A stretch of 64,000 nucleotides of DNA from Vitrella brassicaformis CCMP3155. Taxonomy: Eukaryota; Protista; Chromerida. Positions 1 through 12,290 of the stretch are shown here, piece by piece (within the stretch, counting starts at the first letter, position 1; each line of letters opens with the position of its first letter). The notes under the pieces were generated by a model. It worked only from the letters and a program-made list of their open reading frames with translations. It was not told where the DNA came from and did no database searches. Made by a program: the position numbers and the translations under genes. The stretch lies in contig CDMY01000223.1 in the NCBI GenBank assembly GCA_001179505.1, forward strand, positions 1 through 64,000. The letters are read 5' to 3'.

Positions 1-910
1 CCGAGGAGCTCAAGTGCCTGTGGCTGGTGGAGCACCAGCGGTGGGACGAGGCGGCAGACGCCCTGCGATTCGCCAGCCAGTGCAGGTTCTGCCAGCTGCC
101 GGCCATCATCACGCGGGAGGACCTCCAGAGGCATCGCACCAAGCAGGTAGGTACCTGATCAAGGCGGTCCAGGCAATGAATGCACACGTGTGGCTGGATG
201 GTTATTGATTGGTCACGTGTGTACAAGCGTTTCTGGCGGAGCCCCGTGTGGTGGCGCTGTGGAAGATGTTGGGCAGGCAGGTCGACTTTGGCGAGTTGGG
301 CCGGTTCGAGCTCTTCGACGACGGCCATGGCAGCCTGCGTGCCATCAAGGACGAGGAGGCCTTCCAGATCCGCCTCTCCCCGCCCCTCCCCCCCGCCCAC
401 CGGTATCAGCAGCACAGCGACCCGCACAACCCCATTGTGGCCCACCGCATCGACGTCTACTACGGTCAAGACCATGTGCGGGACGGAGATATGATCGAGG
501 CGTCATTCTCGTCCTACCTCATGCACACCATGACGGCGCGAATGTCTGGCTCCTGTTCGCTTCACCTGATGGAACGGTCAGTGAGTGGACGTGTGGGTGG
601 ATGAGGGGTGGAGTAGCAAAATGATGATTGATATCCCTGATTGGCTGGTTCGCTGGGTGGCTGCAGCGGCGATATGATAGATGCTGGCGTGATGGCCCGG
701 CTCGACCGGTCAGTGCACCGTCCGTTTGTCGGCAATGTCGCGGGCGCCTCGGCAGTGATGGCGCTGGAGTACCCCGCCAATGTGTACCATCGGTATGTGG
801 TGATGACGCCGCTGGACCACCCCTTCGCCACAGTCTTCTGCCTCGACGAAATACCTCTTGACGATCAGGAAGGTCCGTCGGTGGGCGGGTGGATGGGCGG
901 GCGCATCTAA
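1..910 (+). CDS. Hypothetical protein, 5' end outside the window (three exons visible)
   Basis: Open frame from base 1 (PEELKCLWLVEHQRWDEAADALRF...), donor near 147, exon in ORF 209..604 (AFLAEPRVVALWKMLGRQVDFG...), final exon in ORF 641..910 ending in TAA. Codon usage looks coding. No family recognised. Confidence 0.6.
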
Positions 911-1590
911 GCTCTATTTCCGGCTCTACCTGTCTCTCCGCTTGACCGCTTGTCCGTCGGTTTGTCTGTCTGTCTGTCTCTCTGTCTGCGCGTGAGTGCA
1001 GTGCACCTGGTGACGATCACGAAAGAGCCGAAGGCGTCTGTTCCGGACGACGAGCTTCGGTTCTCGCAAATGCATCCCCAGACGACCGCAGGTCCGTACA
1101 CACAGACGAAGAGACAGACAGACAGACAGACAGGAGGGCGCGAAATGTGGTGCATACATGGACTCATGTGTCTTGCTGGCTGTGTGTGTGCAGTGGCCTC
1201 CCGGTTTTTTGGGCTCATACTAGGGGGAGACGATGAAGATGACACGAGCAGCTCGAGCGGTAGCGAGGAGGGGGAGGAGGGTGGCGGTGGTGTGTCCACA
1301 CATGACGACGGCAGCACGAGCCATGACGCGGACACCGAAAACGACGACGATGCCCCTGCCATCGCCAACACTGGTACGTACGTTACATGAGCTGCACGAG
1401 CATCCATCCATCCATTCATCCATCCATCGATCGCACGCACACACACGCGTGTATCCTGCTCCCTCCTTCACTACCTCTGGTTGTATGGATGCGTTGTTGC
1501 AGAGGATGCGCCAATGGCGGTAGAGGACAATGGCGAAGGCAAAGAGGACAGCACACACCAATGAACAACCAAGTAAGCAGTCAGGCAGGC
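907..1590 (-). CDS. Possible small single-pass membrane protein (hypothetical, start undefined)
   Basis: Minus-strand segments LVCAVLFAFAIVLYRHWRILCNNASIQPEVV (hydrophobic), a Ser/Pro-rich stretch and ENRSSSSGTDAFGSFVIVTR, separated by microsatellite-rich intron-like DNA. Confidence 0.3.
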
Positions 1591-2061
1591 AGGCAGGCCA
1601 ACACAAGATGAATGTGGGTGGGTTGTGTTGTCTTGTGTGGCCGTCTGTCGCCAGAGTGGGAGGAGCGTTGGAGCGAGCAAGCGAGGGAGCGAGCGATCAG
1701 AGCTAGCCAGCTAGCTAGCTAGCGTGTTTGTGGATATCAATCAGATTGTCTGTCTATGCATCCGCATGGATGGATGGAAGGGCCGTCACTGTCTATATGT
1801 CTGCCTGACTGCCTGCCTGCCTGCCTGCCTGCCTGTGGCATCCATCCATGCATCTTGTGTGTTTGTGTGGGCAGATACCTGTGCGTGTGTGCGTGTGTGC
1901 GCTAGTGTGTGCGTGTTGGTCAATGAATGCATGACTGTCCACCCCGCACACCCCACCGTCCACCCACGCCAAGCAACGCACCCACCCAAAGCCACAATGC
2001 ACATCACATCAATGCGCGCCAAAAATATTGCAGCCCTGAATGTAAACGACGAATCGATGAA

Positions 2062-4186
2062 ATGGAAAGGCTTTGGCAGGCGAGGCCACTGTTCAGCAGA
2101 GCGGACTCCCCAACGGCTGCCTACGCCCCCCTCTACACGGCGTCATCGCTGGAAATAGCTCCTGTGAACCGAAGGTCGCCTTCGTCGTCGTCCGACCAAT
2201 CAAGGCTCTCGCCAGTGCTGGCTGCACTGACCGTCGCCTCAGTCCTCCTTTTGTCATCGTTGGCGGCTGGCTTGCCGTTCGTCCACATGGCCCAGCCGCT
2301 AGAGGGAGAACCGCTGCGGGAAATCAGCCCCGATGAATTTGTCGAGAGGAGAGGAGCGCACCTCTACCTCGCAGGCAGGGTGTTTCGCTTTGCAGGTGCG
2401 ACCAGCTGCAGCTCCAGCAGCATCAGCAGCATGGCACACATGCATGCGCTTCTGTCGTGTCCTGTGTCTGTCTCTCTGTAGGTTGCAACATGTACTGGCT
2501 GGGGCTCGATGAGAATGTGGGCGGCATCGCCTTCCCGTCGCAGTTCCGCATCGATGACGCTCTCATGACGGCCAAGGAGATGCACCTCACAGTGGTCCGA
2601 GCACACACCATCGGCATCTCGGTGGGCAGACCAGAGTCATTCCAACCGGCCCCGGGCAGATTTGAGCACGACAACCTCAAGGCAGCTGACTACGCCATCC
2701 ACAGGGCCCGAGAGCTGGGGATTCGGCTGGTTGTGCCGCTGACGGACCGGTGGAATTACTACCATGGGGGCATCCACACGTTTGCCAACTGGCGCAACGT
2801 GACTGCTGATGCTTTCTACACGAACGATACTGTTATCGAGGTGAGATGGACAGATAATGACACCTCACGCTGGTCGCGAGCGCAGGTATTGTGCCTTCAG
2901 GACTTCAAGACGTACATCAGCGAGCTGCTCAACCATGTGAACCCCCACACAGGAATGGCGTGGAAGGACGACTCCACCATTATGTGCTGGGAGACGGGCA
3001 ATGAGCTCTCGCCCCCCGTCGCTTGGACCAACACCATCGCCCAACACATCAAAACCATCGCGCCGCGGCAGCTGGTGATGGACGGCCGATGGGGAGTGGA
3101 CGAGGGTATCTTCTCGTCTCCTCATGTGGACATCGTGAGCTCCCACTACTATGTGTATCCCTTCCTGGAGCTGTGGATGGACCTGAGGAGGGCGGCGAGA
3201 AGAGCGTCAGAGGCCGGGAAGGTGAGAGACTCGTGCACCTTCGATGAGAGGTATATCGGTGGCATGATAGCTGCTCCTCGGTTGTTCAGGTCTTTGTCGT
3301 TGGCGAGTATGACTGGATTGGCTATCCGTTTGGCGCGTCTGTTAACCTTATTCCGTTCCTTTCCCTCATCGAGCGGAGCGAAAACGTGGCCGGATCGCTC
3401 TTTTGGTATGGGAGACACCCCAATTGCTGATATCCTTGTGTCTCTCTCATATTAAAGATACATTTCTCTTTTCAATTCAGGTCATTGTTCCCCCACCGCG
3501 ATGATTCGGGATTCGTGTACCATCGTGACCACGTGCTGTCCTACACGCTCCACTACCCGGGCCCCTCTGCGTCGATGCGGCAACGCACACAGATCATCAG
3601 GCACCATGCCGCGAGAATGAGGTGAGTGTACACATGCCACGAAAACAAAACAGGCAAGGAGGATCCCACAGATGCTCTGCATTGTGACAGAGGTTTCTCG
3701 TCACCGTTGCCACACGGCGTCCCTCCCCCGCCCCACATCACGGCCGTCACATCAGACACCGTCAGGTGGTGCGGGAGTGTCGGGGCAGCCGCATATGAGG
3801 TGCAGATGAGCCTCGCCATCACCGGCCCCTGGAGGAACATCACAGCCAACGCACAGAGACAACAGGCCGAGAGACTGCGCCTCCCGCCCCTTCTCAGCAT
3901 CAGCAACTGGACAGGCTCCCCTCTGCCCCCGCCTACCGACCACTCCCTCCCCTTCCCCCAAGCACCGTTCTTCGTCAGGCTGGTGGCCGACAATGCATGG
4001 CGCAAATGGCCCGTCAGTGGCGTAGGGGCGTCTCTGTGGGCGCATCTGTGCGACACGATGAGGGCGGATGAGCAGAGGAGGGATGAGAGAGGCGAGGTGG
4101 CTTTCATGCGGGTGCGTGGGGTCAACTTGGCTGGAGTGGCGGGGGAGTGGTCTGAGCCTGCATCGATTCGATGCACAAGGGAGTGA
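2062..4186 (+). CDS. Glycoside hydrolase family 5 protein (endo-beta-1,4-mannanase-like) with N-terminal hydrophobic anchor/signal and C-terminal FN3-like beta domain
   Basis: FVERRGAHLYLAGRVFRFAG/CNMYWL, VVRAHT, GIRLVVPLTDRWNYYHGG, WKDDSTIMCWETGNEL (acid/base Glu), VSSHYY, and a spliced exon VFVVGEYDW (nucleophile Glu) then GSLFW/SLF. GT-AG introns near 2396-2481, 2841-2900, 3222-3290, 3415-3480, 3621-3689. Confidence 0.9.
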
Positions 4187-4451
4187 CGCGACTCTTCTCG
4201 TGGGACATTTGTCTCACATTGTCTTAACTGAGCAGTCATGCCCTCAAAAGTATCGAAAAATACCCAAACAAAGTCTGTGCAGGTGTTTAAGCGACTGCCT
4301 ACAACGTCTACATCGCATGATGAGAAACGGATCGAGCAATCAACCCGTCTCATCATGCGATGAAGAGGCCGCAGCCACTCGCCTCCACACACAGACACGG
4401 CACAAAACGAGACGACACGATAGGAACAAACGCTTCAGCGCCCATACACCC

Positions 4452-5513
4452 TTAGCCCAGCAGCCACCCCCGCATCCCTTCCAACCCAATCAGCCAGAAG
4501 AAGCTCGTCGGGGCGCACATCGCGCCAATCAGACCAGCCAATGCAACAGGCAGACTCCCAGGGGCGCCCTTCCGCCGCCTCCCGGCCTTCTTGACGGTGC
4601 CCCTCTTTCGGTCCTCAATCGACTCGATAACCGAAGCCATCGGCGACTCCATCTGGCTTATCTCACACGGCAGTGCCGCCCACCGCCTCAGAGCCACGCC
4701 TGCACGCCAAACAAGCCAACAACACATCCATCCATCCATCCATCCATCCGCCTTGCGTGTGTCATCCTCCGATTGGCTCACCAGTGACGGTGAGAACAAC
4801 GGCCGTCATCAGGTACCAGAATGCGCTGTTCCTCACACTGAAGTCGGCGGCCCAGTCCTTCATCAACACATCGGCATGTGCACCCGCCTTGGCCGGCGGC
4901 AACGGGCCTGCCCCAGCGGCGGATGATGACCTACCCTCACCGCCGCCTCGCCGTGCTGTCTTGATGGCTTCAGACAGCTTCTCGATGGCCTCCTTCCAGG
5001 CCGCTCTCGACAGAAGGGTCTCGCCAATGCCCTTGAGAGTCGCGAGTGTGACGGGCGGCGCGACGGATCCGAGTGGGTCCTGCAAGATTTGCAGACAGGC
5101 GTAGCGGTAGGGGACAGACAGGGCACCGAGTGCAATTTGGCCGAGGCCGGCGTAGAGAAGGGTGGTGCCCAGCGAGTGCTGCTCGGCCGCCGTCTGCTGC
5201 AGAGATCTCACGCGCTCAGACAGAATCTACAGTGGCACCAGCGGCAGTCAACAAGACTGTTTTTGATCCCTGTGCATGTGTGTGGTGTGTGTTGGGCCAG
5301 CTCCACATATACCTGATACTCTACGGCGGTGCGCAGACATTTTGCCATTGCGGCCCTGGATTCCTCACGCGCCATCTCCAGCTGACCTTCAGTGGCACCG
5401 ATGGCCTGGCCCTCGGGCACCTTTGGTGGTGCGCCGCCCGCCTTCCTTTCAGCTTCATCAATCTTTGTTCTCCGCTCGTTGAGCTTGACACGCAGGCTGG
5501 CACTCATATCCAT
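4452..5513 (-). CDS. Hypothetical membrane protein (three exons)
   Basis: Exon 1 MDMSASLRVKLNERRTK...EYQ, exon 2 ILSERVRSLQQ...FWYLMTAVVLTVT, exon 3 ...PVALAGLIGAMCAPTSFFWLIGLEGMRGWLLG*. Splice phases are compatible and several hydrophobic segments are present. Confidence 0.6.
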
Positions 5514-6283
5514 GGCGGCAACGTTGACACAAAAGCACAGAGGAGGGCACAGATCCTCCCCTCAAAGATCTGAGCTCGCAAAAGTAACAACGCAGATCGT
5601 GGATAGAATGGAGGTCCGGAGCGCTCGGCATGTCACGATGAGCGCACTGAGTAAGATCACCCATCCTTTCCAAAATTGACTGAACGAGAAGTCTAGTTGA
5701 TGACGGTGAGCACGAGTGGATGGATGCTGGCTTTGCTTTGGCTTTGCTTGACGGCCCTGTCAAGCTCGTCTTCGCATTGTTGTGTCCGTTTAGTTGCCGT
5801 TTAGTCATACCAGCAGCTGAGGCCGCTTCATCGGCGGCTGATCATAGTCCACTACAGGTGAGCGATGCAAAGGAGCGATGGAAGCAGACAACAGCGGCTG
5901 TCATGATGCATTGGCTTCTCTTCTTCTCTCCCTGGTTTCATGCAGCAGGTGCCGTCCTCCCCTGGGTTGTGTGAGGACAGGGCCGGTGTCGCAGCCAGGG
6001 AAGACACCCACCGCCGGTACGCTTTGCTGCCGACGCGTTCATGACGTGATCATCTCATCTCATTGTCGCTGTGCTTTGCCTCGTGTTTGTCCGATAGCGG
6101 CCGCCTGCATCCCTCTCTCGTGTGCAGATGAGTGGCCAGACGGGGGCGGTGGGCGAGCGGAGTACTCTGCCACGACTGTGACTGACTCGCATACCTATCC
6201 GTTTCATCGCCTGGTAAGCAAAGGCAGACCCGCTGCCATCAGACCATCATACATGTGCTTTGCCTTCAGCCTCGGTGAGGACA

Positions 6284-6355
6284 ATGATGGCGGCGCAACC
6301 TACACAGTCATCAGCTGCAGCAGCGGCACCAGCACCACATGTATGTGGGCAGCTG

Positions 6356-6386
<31 letters not shown>

Positions 6387-9260
6387 GTGTGCCATGCTTT
6401 AATGAGGTCTGCCTACGTTGTTCCTTTGTTCGTTTCACCAGGCGGCGCCATGCCGTGGGCCGTGTGGTTTCCAGGAGGGCAGTCGTGTGTGGGTGGTGAC
6501 GGAGAAGCGGGAGGAGGGCGAGCAAGAGTGGGTCAAGGCGGACGTCTACCGCATTGACGGGAGGACGGTGTACTTCCGTGAGGTGGGCGGCGGGGAGGGC
6601 TTCAAAGTCACTGTGCCGACCAAGACCATTCCACCCACAGAGCTGACGCCACACGCGGTGAGCAAATGCACGACAAGATGATTGCCTCGTTGGTCCACTT
6701 GTGTGTCCGTTGTGTGTGAGTGCAGGTGTGTGAGACGGCTTCCGTTATCTCCGGTCAGAGCCGCCCCCCAAGGAAACCCATGACGGCGGCAAGAAGGTAC
6801 ACACACGCGCCACTGCACACACAGCACACGGATGCCTCCCCTTTGTGCGGTCTGTTCGCCGTTCATCGTTGCTTCCTATCTCCCCCTGTCAGGCCGTTGA
6901 CCGTCTCGGCAATGATGAGTTGGCATCGCTGTTCAGCTTTTTGAGCCCTTGCGAGCTGTCCGCCCTCTTCCCACATCGCTCCCCCGTCCGCAACGGAGCC
7001 GTCCGGCAGCACACCCACATCACCATCGACGCATCCACCCCGGCCGAGTATCAGTTCTGGAGCAGCACGACCACACAGGACGCCTTCAAGCTCGGCAGAC
7101 GGCTGACCAGCCTGACGTCGGCTCACGTGGTGCAGCCGCACACCCATCTGGAATGGTGTCTGAACACATTGACAGCCGTCGTGGAGGGCCATGCTGCGGG
7201 CCGCCGGGCGGCGCGGGAGAGGGAGAGCTTCATCGAGTCCATCCACTTCAGCTGCCCGACCGACGTCCGTGCCGGCCACGTGTGTCCATCCCGGCCCCGG
7301 CATCCTTCTCTCCCCCTCCCCTCTCCCCGTGTCCAGCTGCCGTCCCTCAAGAGCATCACGGGCCTTCGTGAAGCCCACGGGATGCTCGAACGGGGCTGGG
7401 TGATGCCTCACCTGGAGGGCGTGACCACGGGAGGAACCTTCAGGCTGGCGACGGACGACTTCGTCCGCTTTCTGCGGCAGCTGATCAAGACGTCTCGGTC
7501 CCTGAAGCGGCTGGCCGTGGGTGGGCTTCGTCACGAGGCGACGCTCTGCGTCCTAGCGGGCATCCCTGAGGGCGGGAGGGGGGAGAGGGGGCCGCTGGCG
7601 GGGCTCGAGCACCTGTCGACGGTTCTCCTGGGACCCAGGGAGAACTTCGAAGAACTTCAGGCAAGTAGAGGAAAGGCGTCGCTGAGCTCACACATCATAG
7701 TGTTGTGTCGGTCTCCTCCTCAGAGGTTGTTGGTTTCTCTCGGCTGCAAGCAGTCCATCCGCCATCTCGGGGTTGGCAGCGCCGTGCCTTTACGGGACCT
7801 TCCACGAGGGGAGCATCATTGGCTCCATTCCCTCAAGGCCTTCGCCGAGGCAGTCGCGTCGCCCTCCGTCGACATCGAGTGCTGCCTGCCCGCTGTGGGC
7901 TGCCTCAACACATTCCTCGATCCGGCATTGCTCGACACGCCATCCCTCGCCAAGCCCCTCCAGGCCATCGCGAAGGGGGCCGGGACGATCGGCGGATTCG
8001 GTGGCCCGGAGGACGCCATCACACTGGAGGTCACGCAGGCCATCGTCGACGGCAGCAACGACGTGATGGGGCCCCTCACCAAGAGGGCGCAGCAGACGGC
8101 AGCCAGCCTCACATTCGAGAAGGTGAAGAAGGTGGCGATCTGGGCGCCGGAGGATCTGCACATCCCCGATGACGCCCCTCCCCCTTCCATCCGCGCACTC
8201 CAGCACCTGTCGCCCCAGGCATTCCCCAACGCGACACAGCTGTTTGTGGGAGCAAGACCCGTCGGTCCCCAGGGGCCCCAGGCAGCTGCGGATCTCACGA
8301 GCCGGATGCCGGCGCTCGACCACCTGACACTCACGTCTGCTGCACCTGACACCGTCGACATGCTGAGATCGATCGGCGACCGGGTGCCACGCAAGGTGCA
8401 GCTGGAGGGTTTTCACATGGGCCTTCCACCCCCCGCCCCCAATCCACTGCCCCCTGCGTCTCTGCCCCGCGTCAAGCACCTGTTGGTCATGGGCACTCAG
8501 GGCATGTCTGCGGCCAAGGCGGCGGTGGCCGGCATGAGCTCACTGGATGAGGCGATAGTGGACACGGCTGGTGTAGCAGGGTTGCTGACGGCGATGGGCG
8601 GCGGGCGGACGCTCAAGTCGCTGCAACTTACCTTTCATCCACGTAGTTTCCGCGCCCTCGAGTCTGCTGATCTGACCCACCTGCCCAAAGTTGAACGCGT
8701 GTTTGTGCCAGGTACACAACAAGTGCGTCACTCTTCTTCACATCTGTTCGCTTTCACACAGTTTTCGATCGTACCGTCTGGCCTGCTGCCGATGTCCTAG
8801 CCGGTGTGAAGGCCTTGTGCCGTCTGCGAGACCTGCAGCGGTTCGAGTTCTGCCTCCCTGAGGCATCGAAGGACCGCATCGGTGGCCCTGAAGACCCCAT
8901 CCACGCGTTGTTGGGCGAGATGCAGCAGCGCCACGGCACGACACTCGGCACATTGATGAAGAAGCACACACTAGTGCAGCAGGGGCTTCATACCCGCAGC
9001 GGTCACATCGACTATCGTCTGCTGCTCGACGCTGGCGACATCCGGCAGGTTAGTGATGTGTGTGCAGTGCTGCCTTTCCACTTGTCATGACGTATCGACT
9101 GCAGATTCTGGCGGCGGAGGCCGAGGCCCACATTGCAGGCCCCGCCACCGCCTCTCACACTACCGATGCGAATACAGGTACGCAAGCGCAAGGAAGGGCG
9201 ACCACGAATGAGTACACACCGTGGGTAAGTAAGGTATGCTTTTATCAGGTTCGTCATTAG
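6284..9260 (+). CDS. Hypothetical protein of a lineage-expanded type: F-box-like motif plus degenerate LRR-like region; 5' exons uncertain
   Basis: ORF 6845..8800 begins AVDRLGNDELASLFSFLSPCELSALFP (F-box-like) and has LxxLxL repeats (LPSLKSITGL, SLKRLAVGGL, ALDHLTLT, TLKSLQLTF). Further exons 8806-9050 and 9105-9260. Linkage of upstream exons at 6284 and 6474-6657 is tentative. Confidence 0.65.
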
Positions 9261-9746
9261 GTTCAGGCCCTGCAGCGGCATCAATATCGGCAGCAGGAGG
9301 AAGCGCGAGGCAGCTGACGAGCATGACTGATGGACAGGACAGTGATGGTGGTTTGGCGGAGATGTCGTGCAGCCGTGCGGCAGGCCATGTGGACCGCCAG
9401 CAAGAGGACAGGTAGCTAGCACATTGGGTGAGAGGGGCGAAGATGGGTGGATGGGTGGGTGAGAGAGACACTCGATGCTGTGATCCGATCCATGCGTGTC
9501 TGTCTGCGCGGTGTGGTGCATGCTTGCTTGTCTGTCAATCTTCGTGTGGGTGGAACTTCCCTTCCCATCCTGACTGAAGCTTCCTTCATGTTTGCATTCA
9601 TTCACTCACTCATAGGGCAGCCCAGCCACGAAAGTCATCATGCCATGCATTCAACCTCGCCTACTGTACACACCTGACTCACCTTCTCTTCTCCCCCACG
9701 CATTCCACCCCGCCCCCCATTCCATCCGTCCATCCCATTCACTTCA

Positions 9747-10572
9747 CTAGTTGTTGGTTCCCTTGGGGTAGCGATAGAAGATGGGCCCCGTCACGCCCTG
9801 CTGCACCGTGTTGGGGCCCATGAACACGTTGCGGTTGCCCTTGGCCCGCTCGAACCGACGGCTGACGTGCCGGCCCTCGCTGTTCTTCCAAAAGTTGGTG
9901 GCCTGGCTCCAGTCCTGCGTGTACCACCATGATGGGAACGTGCCGTAACAGATCTCGCCACGCTTCAAGCTCCTCAGCTTGAAGTAATCAACGCCGGCAT
10001 ACGCAAAGGCCACCCTGCAAAGGAGCCAGCCGAGAGAGAGGGGGGGGGGAGAGAGAGAGAGAGAGACGCGCGATGGATCAGTGCAGTGGTGTCTGTCTGT
10101 ATGCCGGGTGGGCAGGTGCTGCAGCTCACCGCATGGCCATCTTCTGCCTCTGGCATCTCGCCCGCTGCAGCCGCTCAAAGTTCTCCATCACATCGAAGGC
10201 CCTCTTACGCGGCTCATTCCCGGTGCGTATCCTGTTGCACTCCATCGGCGCCCTGACGCTCTCCTCCTCCTGCTCCACTGGCCGCACACCATCTGTCGGG
10301 TCCACCTTCCACCTGCCCTCATCCACCAGCTCGGAGGGCTCCAGGATCTTGACCAACTCCCCGGACACGCCATCCCTAACAGCAGGGGCCTCGATGGCAG
10401 CGAATGGCTGGGCGTCCGAGCGAGGGCAGTGGATCTCTTGCTTCTTTTGGTCAAGCAGCAGCGAAAGGGTCTCGAGCTGCCTGCTGGTGTGGTGAGGGAA
10501 GAGCCGCACTGCTGCTGGTGGCAGGGAGGGAGAGATCTGCGGACCAGAGTGAAGGAGGCGAGCTGCAGACAT
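9747..10572 (-). CDS. Hypothetical protein with aromatic/basic C-terminal domain
   Basis: MSAARLLHSG...RKRAFDVMENFERLQRARCQRQKMAM, intron ~10018-10127, then AFAYAGVDYFKLRSLKRGEICYGTFPSWWYTQDWSQATNFWKN...YRYPKGTNN*. Confidence 0.65.
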
Positions 10573-10796
10573 TGAAAGGGCGGGAGAGGCAGGCGAAGCA
10601 GAGCAACGTCGAAAAAGCATTGCCGCGGGGAAAATGTGACTGCAAAGATTCTGTGCTCGCAGCTTCGATTAACGACGCCACCGGCCCTAACTCATAAGGC
10701 TGGGGACGGGCGAGGCAGACGAGGCGTGATGTCCTCTGCTTTTGGGCCCTTTTTAGAGAATCAGGCGGATCGATTTCAACTCAAAGCTGGACAACG

Positions 10797-11771
10797 ATGG
10801 TGCCTGTAGCGGTTCCTGCAGGCGATGGCCCGTCAGAACACGGCCCTCCTTCTGAGGCAGCAAGCATCCCTCCCGCATCTATTGCAGTCCCAAGCAGTGC
10901 CCAGAAGAATGTCGGGACGGCAGATGGGGCGGCAGGCCGGCCGCCGGGACCACCATCATCTCCATCTGCATCTTCATCGATGGCTGCCAAGGGTGTGGAG
11001 AAGGAGGTGGAAGTGAGTGGGGTTCAGAGTCGGTTGCGAGTCTACGAAACGGAGGAAGACCCGCCTGACGGCATGTCCGATCTTGAGGTCACCACACACC
11101 GATGCACCAAGGCCCTATACATCATGCCTACCTTGTGGCGTGTGAGTGTGTGTGTTTAGGTGGATGTGTACGAGACGATCAAGACGATTCGCGACCCCGA
11201 GTTTCCCTACACCTTGGGCCAGCTGCGCGTCATCACCCCCGACGGCGTGCAGGTGCACGAGAAGCCCGGCCTCACCCCACTCATCACCGTCACCTTCAGA
11301 CCCACCGTCGCCCACTGTGCTATGGCGCAACAAATCGGTACGCTCGGCCCGGGGCCGATGGATGTGGGGCCTGTCTGTCTGTGGAAGAGCAGGTGTGTGT
11401 GTGCAGGTTTGTGTATCCGGTCGAAGCTGGAGAGAGAGTTTGGACATGACAGGTGAGGGAGGGAGTGGAGTGGAAAGGCGAGGCACCCATGGCGCGACGA
11501 GCAATGTGTGTGCCGTGTCTGTCGTCGGTCAGGTACAAGATCGACATCTTCGTTGCAGAGGGCTCCCACAACGACAGCGCTGGCATCACCAAACAGATCA
11601 ACGTAAGGACCAACGCCCACCTTCTCTCGCTCTGTGGGCTCACTGTGAGTGTTGCTGGCTGTGTGTGTGTGTGTGTGTGTTGGATGTCAGGACAAGGAGC
11701 GCGTGTCGGCTGCCCTGGAGAATCCCATGATTGTCAAGATGGTCCGGGCGGCCATCGAAGACCCCTACTGA
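10797..11771 (+). CDS. CIA2: MIP18/FAM96 family cytosolic Fe-S assembly protein (CIA2-like, DUF59)
   Basis: DVYETIKTIRDPEFPYTLGQLRVI, ITVTFRPTVAHCAMAQQIG/LCIRSKL, YKIDIFVAEGSHND...KQIN/DKERVSAALENP. These are the diagnostic family motifs, including the conserved Cys. Confidence 0.93.
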
Positions 11772-12290
11772 CTGGCTGACCGATAGCGGGCCAGCCGTGT
11801 GCGTGGAGCGAGGGATGATTTGATTGGTTAACGGCCAGAGCTGGTTTTTTGAGGGGGACATACATGGACATTTCATGCAGGCAGGCAGGCATGTAGGCAG
11901 GCGAGCTGTTTTTGGGTGGCGATTGTGGCGCCTTGCCTGCCATATTGGGTTGCATTGAGTTGAGTTGAGTGAGAGGGGTGCTGAGCTGTGCTGGGAGGGA
12001 GGGAGGCCCAGTGTAGTGTACATCACGGGGGGATGTCTGTGGGGCATTGCATTGATCACCGACGGATGGATGGATGGATGGATGTACATGCCATGCCGGT
12101 CGGGTCGGCTGGTGGAGAAGAGATGAGACACACTGCGGCGCACGTGTGTGTGGATTTGCAGTAAAGGGTTGGTTGGCTGGTTGGTTGGTCGAGCGTCACA
12201 CATGCACACACATACATTCATTCATTCATTCAATGCAGGGTCTGCCAAGGTCTCTTCCCTACTCGCGCAGGACCGTCTAATGTCGTTCGT

